Source: Cetorhinus maximus (lineage: Eukaryota). Taken from it: a stretch of 64,000 nucleotides of DNA. Location: positions 29,078,001 through 29,142,000 of the forward strand of contig NC_135894.1 of assembly GCF_964194155.1 (NCBI RefSeq), read 5' to 3'. Below, in pieces: positions 37,001 through 49,000 of the stretch (the first letter of the stretch is position 1; each line of letters starts with the position of its first letter). The notes under the pieces were generated by a model. It ran no database searches. It was not told the DNA's origin and saw nothing but the letters and a program-made list of their open reading frames with translations. The position numbers were made by a program, and so were the translations under genes.

Positions 37001-40000
37001 CCATGAGTGAGGGCTGGATCTGAAGGACAAAGGCTTACTCTAGACAGAGTGAGAGCCAATGGTCCTCTATTGTAAATAGCTTCAGCACACGTTACCCTTT
37101 CAGGTTGTGTGTGTTGGACCACATTACATTGGACATGGGGAGAACAGACTTACAGTCCAATACAGTTTGCAGCATTTCTTGGTTTTTATTTTAGATTTCC
37201 AGCATCCGCAATCCAATATAGTTTATGTTATGTTGTGCCCTACAATAATTCTGCATGCCTGTTGTGAGTGACAGTGTCCGTGGCATGAATGGATCTTACC
37301 CTGAATCTACTATACAATTATACAATGACTCACTTGCTGTTGTTTGAATGCTTTAAGTAATGCACTGGCATCCATAGCTGTGAGGGGGAAAGAGAGTCGA
37401 GGCCCCGTATAAGAATCAGGAACCTTGATGCTTTTATATTCCGGCTCTTTGACAGTCTCTGAATTGTCACATGTGTGTCCTGATGGTGTCAGTAGCTGGG
37501 AAAGCAAGTCTGGAAAAGAAAAGTGCAAAGGAAAAGAATGTACGTGAATAACTATCATTGAATGTACTCGGGGACAGACATTAGCACCTGCTCAAACTGT
37601 TTTATTAATAATAATTCGCACCTTGTGCTTCTGAATTACATCAACTGGCAGCAGAAACAGTCAACAATGGTTGTACGCGGGCAAAGGGTCCAGCAGTGTC
37701 TCAGTGGAATCTTCCCAGTCCCAAGGAAGCAGGTTTGAAAGTGGGTGGGCCGGGAGGAGGGGGGTGAGAGGAATTTCAGAGATGTCAGTGTTGGGTGAGC
37801 AGGCCCACGTGTTCCACTTCTAAGCTATCATTACCTGCACAGGCTACGCACCCGGCAGCAATGGGGAGCCAATCTGTATAACTAGCTAAAATAAAAATAA
37901 AAATACCTGGAAAAACTCAGCAGGTCTGACAGCATCTGCGGAGAGGAACACAGTTAACATTTTGAGTCCGTATGACTCTTCATTAGAAGTACTGCCTCTT
38001 TGTGGACTGGTTGGGGCTGTCATGGGGAAATGAGCCACACCCAAGGGTGCACTGACCCCCGCCGCTCCCCGCCCCACCTCCAAACTGAGAGTCAAGTCCA
38101 ACAGCTGCCGGGAAGTAGCTCGCCAGCACCTTGCCTGAGGCAGCGGGGGGAGCCAGCAAGGCCTCCTGCACTAACCCCGACCCCCCCATCAGAGCCATGG
38201 CCATCAGCAGGCCACAGCTATGGCCGCCAGGCATTCAGTGGAGGGGTTTCCCACCCCCAGAGGTGGCCTCGCAGCTGTGGCCACCTCTTCAGAGGGCACC
38301 TCAAGAAGGAGGCACCCTCTGTCCCACCTCTAACAGAGGCAATGTCCACCTCTGGTCCTACTCTGATTGGGCCTGGAGCCTCAGAGGCACTCCCACCTAT
38401 CTTAATTGGCTAACTCTGGGACGGACTCCCAGATGGGGGAGCCCTAACAGCCAGAGCAGGGTCAGGATCCAGAAATGGTCCCCATTCACACACATACCCC
38501 AGTAGCAGGATTCGACCCTCTGCCCCACACTTTACCCTAACTAGGATTGCAGCATTTCTCACTGTGCCTACCTGATTTATTTTTGGGCATTTATTTTTCA
38601 GACCATCATATTGCCAAAGTAGTCAAATATTAATAATTATTACATGGCTCTTAAACTATTTTGAGGCCTCTAAACAGTATGTGGAACTAATCTGAATAAT
38701 TTCACCATCTTTCCCACCCCTTTCTCCATCCTGAGATTTACAGATGTACAGACCTACTGAAGCACCATGACCTCTGACACCTCACCTCACTGCGCATTTC
38801 TCGCCAGGGAGGACTCAGACCAGCCACGGAGGCTGGGATCTTGCTGATCACTGTGGCTCAGTACCAAATCCAGCTGGACATAATCCTGTAGGTTCCAGCA
38901 TCCCCCAAATGCTCAGCTGCCATTGGTCAGCCATCCCTCATGATGCTCAGTCTTCCCCAGCCAATCAGCAAGTGAACAGTTTCTTGGATTGGATTGGATA
39001 ATTCTTGACTTGCAGTCAAATACCCTTTATCCACCCCCCCACCCATTTCTGATGTTTTGTAACTAAAAGGTGCTCAAAAGTAAATAAGAAACCAATAATT
39101 GTAAAGCCCCTATGATTGTTTCCCTTTTTTTTCCACAGCAGTATCTTGGAGATGAGGCATTATATCCTGGAGAGTCCTGGGCAATCCTGGAGTGTTGACA
39201 AACCAATGCAGTGCCAGAGACATTTTCCAAAATTTACCCCATCAGCCATTTGGAAGGAGGTCGGGTGCATATGGGGGCATATGTTAACAACCCCCCTCCC
39301 CCACCCCACAGCCCCCAAACCAGAATGGGAGCCCCTCAGCGCAGCCTAAAATTTCTTGCAGGGTTAAATTATAAAGGCAACCAAACACAAAACAAAAAGA
39401 AATCGAAAAGAAATTCAAAAAAACACGGTGAGAATTACTCCTGCACAGTTTCACAAGGCCACCAAGCAATCTTTGTTCCCCAAAATGTAATAACTACATT
39501 TTTGTAAACTGTTAATTAGAGACCAGAGAAAATAAATCAATCATGGATAGAGACGCTGTAAAGGAATTGTTCACCAGGACACAGATGTTTGGACTTTGCT
39601 CGGCAATGATTACTGTTATTTGCAGTAATTGGCACTTTGCCCATTAGTATGCATGTTATATGTCAAAGAGCACTTGTGTCTCCTACAAGCTGGAAGCTGT
39701 CGGGGCTTTTAGTATTCAGATGGGTGGCTGGAGACAAGAGAAGAACAATGAATAAAGGGCATCGTGTTGGTGAGAGATGGGGAGAAGGAGAAATCAGCCA
39801 AGAGAGAGAGAGTGTCAGAGGCAGAGACTAAACAGGGAGAAGAGACAACAAGAAACAACATGTATAATTTTTAAAATTGTTTAACAATTCATTTTTCGTG
39901 CTGCTTGGTCTTGTTTCTAAGCTTGTTTAATAACCTGATGCCTTTGGGCAGCACTGGCCTGTTTTACTGAACAGGGTGATATATGGGAATGTAGTTGACT

Positions 40001-43000
40001 GAAAACATTATGTAGACTAAGAATGGGCAACATCTCAAATTTCATCTCATTTTTATGGGGAACCTGATTACAACCTCGTGCCCAAACCAGGAGTGGGGGC
40101 TAAGAGAGGTTTTACCTCCTGTCTGCCTGTTTAAATTTGTACTGCCCCATGTCAGACCATTGATGCGAGACTCCTGCAAAAAAAAGGAACCTGGGGCCTA
40201 GTTAACATTCAGAAGTCCTCAATGGGATGGTGGCGAATGTCAGGGGGAGTGTCACACTGTCAGCTACCCGAGGTTAGGAGGCAGCAGCACCAACTGACCA
40301 AGGTCAGGATTAAAGATCAGATCCTATTAGAGGTCCCTGAGGGCCAGGGGAGCCTGCCATGCCCTAACCTCGTGCCCCACCATCTCACCGGAATCCCCGA
40401 TCTCTCTCTATAGGCCTCTGCTGGACCCAGTGCCCCGGTTTGTTGGGGCTAAAGGATCCAGGTTGCACATTTGTTTCGGGGTGACCGAGTTTGTACCAAG
40501 ACAGAGGTGATCAGTAGACCATTCTTAGAGGAAACACATTCTGTTTATTTGCAGAAGGAACTCAGCAGCTACACTTGTGTGTTTACAACTCAAAACTCTG
40601 TCTTTACATTCCAGACTCTAACTCAAGACCACTGACTACAGAGGTAGCCTGCGCTGCTCTGCTATTGGGTACCAAGATCATGCGATCTTACAACATTTGT
40701 CTTAAAGGTATATTACACCTCAGATGACTGCAGCCTCCTTGCACTGACTGTCAGGACTTTATACCTTCCGGCTCGTACTGCCAGTCAGTCACATGTCGGT
40801 GCAGTTGGCAGTCAGCGTACAGTTAAAGTCAGCAAGTCCACAGCCCTAAACCCTTCTCCCACTGTCCCGTGAATGACAAGGCCCCACACAGCAATGTCAT
40901 CATTTAACCCACTTGGCCACGGACCTGGAAAAGCAGAATAAGACTCGAGGCCTTTAACACAAATGGCACCGAGTGGAATTTGAAGGTTTAAATCAATGAG
41001 CGGAGGTAGTATCAAGATGGTAGATAATAAGAGGGGTAACCTGAAAGACCAGAAGCTTATTCCCCTGACAGAAAGGACTGCTATCATACAAATAGATCCA
41101 GCAACATGATCAGAGAGCTTCACAGATAATTCAAAATGTGCAGCTCCTCAGACCAGCAGGTCCTTCATGGAAATGATCATTTTTAATACTTTGGCTTTAC
41201 ATGGGGAAAGAAGAGTTTCTGGACCAAATGTAATATCTCTGTTGAGGTAAACTGTGTCAATTCTGTGCCATTAAAATAAAACATTAAGGCTGATATTCTT
41301 CCCTGAATGGAATGGTTTTAATTTATTCTTAGAATCATAGAATTATTGAAGGGTTACAGCACAGAAGGAGGTCAATCAGCCCATTGTGCTCTCCGCAATA
41401 GCAATTCAGCTAGTGCCTCTCCCTCTCCTTTTCCCTGGAGCCCTGCAAATCTTCACTATTCATGATCCAAGTCTCTTTTGAAAGCCCTGACTGACCCTGT
41501 CTCCAGGCCCCCTCCCACAACTCTTTCTCCGGTACATCGATGATTACTTCGGTGCTGCTTCATGCTCTCGTCGGGACCTGGAAAAATTTATTAATTTTGC
41601 TTCCAATCTCCACCCCTCCATCATTTTCACATGGTCCATCTCTGACACTTCCCTTCCTTGACCTCTCTGTCTCAATTTCTGGTGATAGACTGTCCACCAA
41701 TATCCATTACAAGCCTACCGACTCCCATAGCTACCTCGACTGCAGCTCCTCACACCCCGCTTCCTGTAAGGACTCCAGCCCATTCTCTCAGTTCCTTCAC
41801 CTCCGTCGCATCTGTTCTGATGATGCTACCTTCAAAAACAGTTCCTCTGACATGTCCTCCTTCTTCCTTAACCGAGGTTTTCCACCCACGGTCGTTGACA
41901 GGGCCCTCAACCGTGTCCGGCCCATCTCCCACGCATCCGCCCTCACGCCTTCTCCTCCCTCCCAGAAACATGATAGGGTCCCCCTTGTCCTCACTTATCA
42001 CCCCACCAGCCTCCGCATTCAAAGGATCATCCTCCGCCATTTCCGCCAACTCCAGCATGATGCCACCACCAAACACATCTTCCCTTCACCCCCCCCTGGC
42101 GGCATTCCGTAGGGATCGTTCCCTCCGGGACACCCTGGTCCACTCCTCCATCACCCCCTACTCCTCAACCCCCACCTACGGTACCTCCCCATACATACGC
42201 AAAAGATGCAACACCTGCCCCTTCACTTCCTCTCTCCTCACCGTCCAAGGGCCCAAACACTCCTTTCAAGTGAAGCAGCATTTCACTTGCAGTTCCCCCA
42301 ACTTAGTCTACTGCATTTGTTGCTCCCAATGCGGTCTCCTCTACATTGGAGAGACCAAACGCAAACAGGGCGACCGCTTTGCAGAACACCTGCGGTCTGT
42401 CCGCAAGAATGACCCAAACCTCCCTGTCGCTTGCCATTTTAACACTCCACCCTGCTCTCTTGCCCACATGTCTGTCCTTGGCTTGCTGCATTGTTCCAGT
42501 GAAGCTCAACGCAAACTGGAGGAACAGTACCTCATCTTCCGACTAGGCACTTTACAGCCTTCCGGAGTGAATATTGAATTCAACAACTTTAGATCTTGAA
42601 CTCCCTCCTCCATCCCCACCCCCTTTCCATTTCTTCCCCCTCCCTTTTGTTTTTTCCAATAATTTATATAGATTTTTCTTTTCCCACCTATTTCCATTAT
42701 TTTTAAATTTATACCTTTTATGCCCTGTTAGTCTTATTTCACCCAACCCCCACTAGAGCTGTACCTTGAGTGTCCTGCCATCCATTCTTAATTAGCACAT
42801 TCGTTTAGATAATATCACCACCTTCAACACCTTTTTGTTCTTTTGTCTGTGACATCTTTTGATTATCTGCTCCTATCACTTACAACCAACGCCCCCCCCC
42901 CAACTTCTCTCCCCCCACCCCCCCCACCTTAAACCAGCTTATATTTCACCCCGCTCCTAATTTTACTCAGTTCTGTTGAAGGGTCATGAGGACTCGAAAC

Positions 43001-46000
43001 GTCAACTTTATTCTTCTCCACTGATGCTGCCAGACCTGCTGAGTATTTCCAGGTAATTCTGTTTTTGTTTTGGATTTCCAGCATCCGCAGTTTTTTGTTT
43101 TTATTTCTGTCTCCAGCACACTCTCAGGCAGTGCATCCAAATCCTAATCACTCACTGCATGAAAAAGTTTCTCCTCATGTCTCCATTGCTTCTTTGGCCA
43201 ATTAACCTTAAATCTGTGTTGGATCCTAGTCACCAGTTTGTTGGGATGTTTCCTGTTCTCATATTTGTTGTAAGGAGTGGCCGATTTGACACTAATGATA
43301 GAGTTGAGTAGCAGACACTTCATAGGTAGGAACTCTGTGTTTATTAACAAAGATACTCAGCAGCAACTAAACATGTGATATCTATACTACTCCAACTACT
43401 AACTTCTGACTACAGACTACTAACTACAGAGGTAGCCTGCGCGACTCAACTATTGGATACAAAGAGCATGTAATCTCCCATTATAACATTCTTCTTAAAG
43501 GTATATTACACTTCAGATTGCCACATCCCTCCCCCTTTACTCAGAAATACATTTTATATTTACAATTACAATTTTCTCAAAATAGCAAAATATTTATAAG
43601 GTAAGTAATTTACAAGTTCAGTCTTTCTGGGGGTTTCCTTATTTGTGTGAAACGTCTCAGCTCTATAACTTCAGATTCTTTGTCAGGAACCTCCTTTTCC
43701 AGAGTTGCCTGAACATCAGGTGCTTCAGTGGGAACTTGCAGATCTGTTTCCTCAACTCTTACAGGAACATCAGACATGTCAGTCCTGGGTTTAGTTCTCT
43801 CAACAGGAAACACTGACCCGGTCGTGAACACTGGTAGAATCGATTCTTGGTGATTTGTTTCTCTTGCTTAGATCATCCACATGTCTCCCTATGACTCAGC
43901 CTTCCACCCCCATGGGGTAAGATAGAGGTCCAGTCACCGCACTTATTTCACCCAGTAACCACTTTGGTCCTTCTCCAAAGTTCTTCACATATACTATCTC
44001 TCTCATGGTAAATTTCCTCTCACAACGATGCCAATCGTGTCTAGTTTTCTGACAATCCTGACTCCTGTAAAAACCTTCCCCTCTAAATTCAGCATTATTA
44101 AGCTCAATCTCATCCTGAGACAACGTTTCATCAATAACTCCGCAGGTGTGATACCTGTTGCTATGTGAGGGGTGGTCCTGTAATGAAAAAGAAAGCCTGC
44201 TAGCTTGGTTGCCAAGGAATCTCCAGTTAGATTTTTCATGCCTGCCTTGAACGTTTGAACTGCCCTTTCAGCCAGTCTGTTTGAGGAAGGGTGGTACGGT
44301 GATGTTTTTACATTAGTGATACCGTTGAGGCTGATAAGCCGCTGAAACTCAGCACTTGTAAATGCTGTGCCATTATCAGAAACGATCATTTCTGGTAGTC
44401 TGTGAATAGCAACACATTGACGTAGCTTCTCAATTCTAGCTGTCAACGTTGGTGACTTCACCTCATATATATCTATCCACTTTGAGTGGGCATTAACAAT
44501 GAGCAGAAATATTGTTCCCATGAAAGGTCCCACATAGTCAATGTGTAACCGCACCCAGGGTCTTCCTGGCCACTACCAAGGATGTAACGGAGCTGTTGAA
44601 GGTAACTTTTGCAGTTTCTAACATTGCACACAGCGCACAATCCTTCACTAAACTCTCTATTTAACCATTTAACCATAGGTAGCTGTGAGCTATGGTCTTC
44701 ATTCAGGATGTTCCTGGATGTGCGCTGTGTGATTTAATTAGTAATAGCTCCCTTCCCTTTGGAGGAACTATCACTCGTGCTCCCCACCATAAGATGCAAT
44801 ACTGGCTGGTTATATCATGTCTTCTGTTCAAGTGCGGTTTCATTTTGTCAGATACAGGCTCTTGTGGACCAACCATGTAGCACTTGTTCTTGTACTTGTG
44901 GTAGGACTGGGTACCAACCTGTCCAGTCTCTGATCTGTGGAATACAGACTAGCGAGGAATCTAAGAAATTTAACAACAAAACAAGTTCCTGTGGAACTGG
45001 GGCGTCCTCATCATTTTCTTGTAAAGGCAAATGGCTAAGTGTATCGGTGTTTGCGATTTGATTTCCAGACCTATGTACAAAAGTGTATTTATATGCTGCC
45101 AGGATTAAAGTTCATCGTTGTATTCTTGCTGAGGCTATAGGTGGTATAGCCTTGTCCTCATTGAACAGTCCTAGCAATGGTTTGTGATCTGAAACAATTG
45201 TAAAATGGCAGCCGTGTATGTACTGCTGAAATTTCTTGACACCAAAGATGATTGTCAGGCCCCTTTTTCTATCTGCGAGTATCCGCTTTCTGCTGTGGTG
45301 AGTGTTCTTGATACGTAACCTATAGGCCGTTCTGTGCCGTTGTCCATCCAATAAGAGAGCACTGCTCCCACTCTGTAGGGTAATAGGTCACATGTCAGCA
45401 ACAATTCTTTCATCTGCTCATAATGCACTGATAGATTGGACGAGTGCAGCAATTGTTTCACCTTTATGAAAGCTTCTTTCTGGGGCACCTCCCAAGACCA
45501 ACGTTGGTTCTTTTTGAGTAGAGAATGCAGTGGAGGGAGGCCAGCACTGTAGACAATTTGGGTAAGGACCGCCCATAATATTTGATCATTCCTAGGAATG
45601 ATTTGAGCTCTGAGGCGTTCTTTGGAGCAGGTGCCTCTCTTATGGCTCTCACTTTCTCCTCAACCGGGTGGAGGCCCTGTGACTCTACCCAGTGACCCAA
45701 ATAGATTACCTCCCTCACTTGGAACTTGCATTTTTCTTCTTTTAAACGCACTCCAGCCTGCAAGAAACGTTTTAAGATTTCTTCTAAGTTTGCCATGTGC
45801 TCTTTTTCAGTGAATCCTGTCTCCAATACATTGTCTAAATAGACTACAACCTGGGGCAGTCCCTGCAATAAGCTTTCCATTGTTCTCTGAAAGATGGCAC
45901 AAGTGGAGGAGACACTGAAAGGCAATCATGTACAACCCTTTGTGGGTATTAATTGTGACAAATTCCCGGGAGGCATTATCCAACTCTAGTTGTTGATAAG

Positions 46001-49000
46001 CATGACTCATGTTAAGCTTTGTGTACGTTGTCCCTCCTGCCAGCTTGGTATACAGGTCTTTGATTTTTGGAATGGGGTGCCTGTCTAGCTTAGCTACTTT
46101 ATTAACCATCAGTTTGTAGTCTCCACAAATTCAGATGCTTTGGTTGGGTTTAAGGACAGGGACTATGGGTGCTGCCCATTCTGAGAACTGAACAGGTTGT
46201 ATGATACCCATTGTTCAGTTCAATGTCGGCTTTTTCTCTCCATGCATGAGGTACTGGTCTGGTCTTCATGAATCGGGCGGCGGTGTCGGGGGGTGGGGGG
46301 TGGGGGGGGGGGGGGGGTGGCGGTGGGGTGGCCTCTGGATCGACATGAATTTTTGCCTGCAGCCCCTGGATCTTCCCAAGTACGTCCCTGAAGACTGTGG
46401 CGTACTTTTGTAGTAGCTCTGGTAACCTACTTGTTCTTAATTTGAAAATTTCAGCTGATTCCAACTTAATCTCCTTTAGCCAGTTTCGCCCCAGGAGGCT
46501 TGACCCATTGCCTGCTACCACCATCATGGATAGCTTTGCCCATTGGTTTCCATAATGGACAATTACTCTACTTGTGCCTTTGACTTGGATGTTTTCACCC
46601 ACATATGTTTTTAATTGGGCAGCTGTTACTTCCAAATTTATTTGATGTTCCCCATTATTCAGATATTTGAAGGTATGTTCCCCAGTTACTCTAGTGGAAG
46701 CTCCTGTGTCCACTTCCATTAGAACAGGTCTGCCATTTACATTCACTGTTACATAGATTGGTTTAGTTCTTCCAACCATCAAGTTGCACAATGAATAAGT
46801 ATCTGCACCTGTTGCTCAGGTTCTTCTACATTGTAGATCTCACTGGTTTTTTCCTTTTGTTTAACAGTCTGTTTGACTCTTTCCTTCCACTGTCTCATCA
46901 TGCGTCTGTTTTTATGACAATAAAAACATTCTATTTTTTTTAAAGTGCCAATCGTTAAAAGGTTGTTTCCACCTCTTGATAATACTCCTGGTTTTCGCTG
47001 CTGGGTTGTTTTATCTCCTTTTTCTCCTTTTTCGGCTGTTTCCCGCCTCTCGGCAGAGTCTTGCATTTTTGCACCGTTTTTGGCTGGGGATTCCCGCCCG
47101 ATGTGGAGTATGGCGCCATTTTGCGTGCCCTGTATGGCTTTCTAATCTCTAACTGCACTTTCCATGGCCAATGCAATCTCTGGCACCTTCTTAAAATCCA
47201 AACTTGTTTTGGATAACAATCGCTTCTGAATCGTATCCTCGTTCACATCGCACACTGAACGATCTCTAAGCAAATCGTTTAAGGATGTTCCAAACTCACA
47301 ATGCTCCGTTAATTGCTCCAAGCTCACCACATCGCTTGTAACTGTCTCCCTCGGGGCTCTAATCCCTGAATTAAACTTGAATCTTTGCATCGCTGCTGAA
47401 GGCTTTGGTTGGTAATGGCCCTTCACCAGGTCCACTAATTCATCACAATTTCTCGAGTCTGGGACACCGGGTGCCATCAAATCTCGAATCAAGTCATTAG
47501 TCTTATTCCCACGTATACTTAAGAGGATCCCCAGCCTCTTCTCTTCCCCCATAATCTTATTTGCTTGGAGAAAGAATGAGAGACACTCAATGTAGTGGGA
47601 CCAATCGTCCGTTGCTTGATTGAAAGGATCAATTCTTCTGAATTGCAGCACACTATGAGGGGATTACTTCAATGATTTGAACGGAACTTCTACTTAACAA
47701 TTGCAGTGCGAGGTACAGTGCTGATTTTGTTTCTCTTGCATGCTTCTGTTTAATTTGTTTAATCCTTGGCGCCAGTTTGTTGGACCCTGTTTGCACGCTT
47801 GTTGTAAGGAGTGGCCACTTTAATGATAGAGTTGAGTAGCAGACACTTCATAGGTGGAAACTCTTAGTTTATTTACAAAGTTACTCAGCAGCAACTAAAC
47901 ATGTGCTAACATTTCAAACTCTATCTCTACTCTATCCTCTACTACTAACTACTGACTACAGACTACTAACTACAGAGGTAGCCCGAGCTACTCTGCTATT
48001 GGATACTAAGATCATGTGTTCTTATATTATAACATTCTTCTTAAAGGTATATTACACATCAGATTACCACAATCTGTCTCCTCTGGCTCTTCATCCTTCT
48101 ACCAATGGGAACAGTTTCTCCCTGTCTACTCTGCCCAGACCCCTCATGATTTTAAACATCTCTATCAAATATCCTCTCAACCTTCTGTATAAGGAGAATA
48201 GTCCCAGCTTCTCCAATCTCTCCACATGCAGACTCTTCTTAAACTAACAGACAAAAAGTAACTTCATGTGAAGACATTATTGCATATGTTACGAATTCTG
48301 CAGGGTATCATGGTACTGGAGTCCTGAGAGGCTATGAGATTAATCAATGGACACTTCAATGTACTATTATGTGCCACAATAATCTGTTTCAATAACACTT
48401 TTGTAGATAATGAAGTTAAAATGGCTTTGAGTGAGGATAATAACATTTATAATATACTAGGCAATCTTCCATCAATTTGCTGACAGTACATTAATGGAAC
48501 AGGCGTATCATTTAGTTTAATTTCTTCTACCAACAGAGAGGGGCCATAGCGATACCGCTGGAGCAGGCAACAGCTCTGATATTAACTGAGAGACACTCTG
48601 TGGGAGACCTGGAAGTAATGTCAGCTAGTCTGTCTGTGGTATTTTAACACAGCCACTTCATTGTAATTTTACTTGCAGACTTGGCTTTAGGTGTGACCCA
48701 CATAACACAATCTTATCTTCTTGATGTAAAGGGCAAGACCAAAGGTGCAATTTGGAGGTGTAAGGTGATCTTGCACATGGGCAGGGTCTAATTGACTGGC
48801 AGGGCAAGCTTGAGGGGCTGAATGGCCTCCTCCTGTTCCTCCAGGGCAGGTCCCATGCTCCCAATGGGATGATGCTCTTAAAAATCAGGCGATCAGAGGC
48901 AAAGTGTGGGAGCTCCATCTCTGACACGTGGTTCTCTCAGGGTTGACTGCTGCTGGGAATGACCCTGATTTCTCATTCTCTTCTCTTCACTCACTCTTCC

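Noticed and set aside
40740-41300. Unique-looking segment with a 103-aa minus-strand ORF
   Set aside because: No motifs or splice support, and PPEF exon phases are complete without it; conservation cannot be tested here
41658-42599. 313-aa ORF as a novel nuclease gene
   Set aside because: Frameshifted part of the Penelope-like element; the N-terminal half is an off-frame translation
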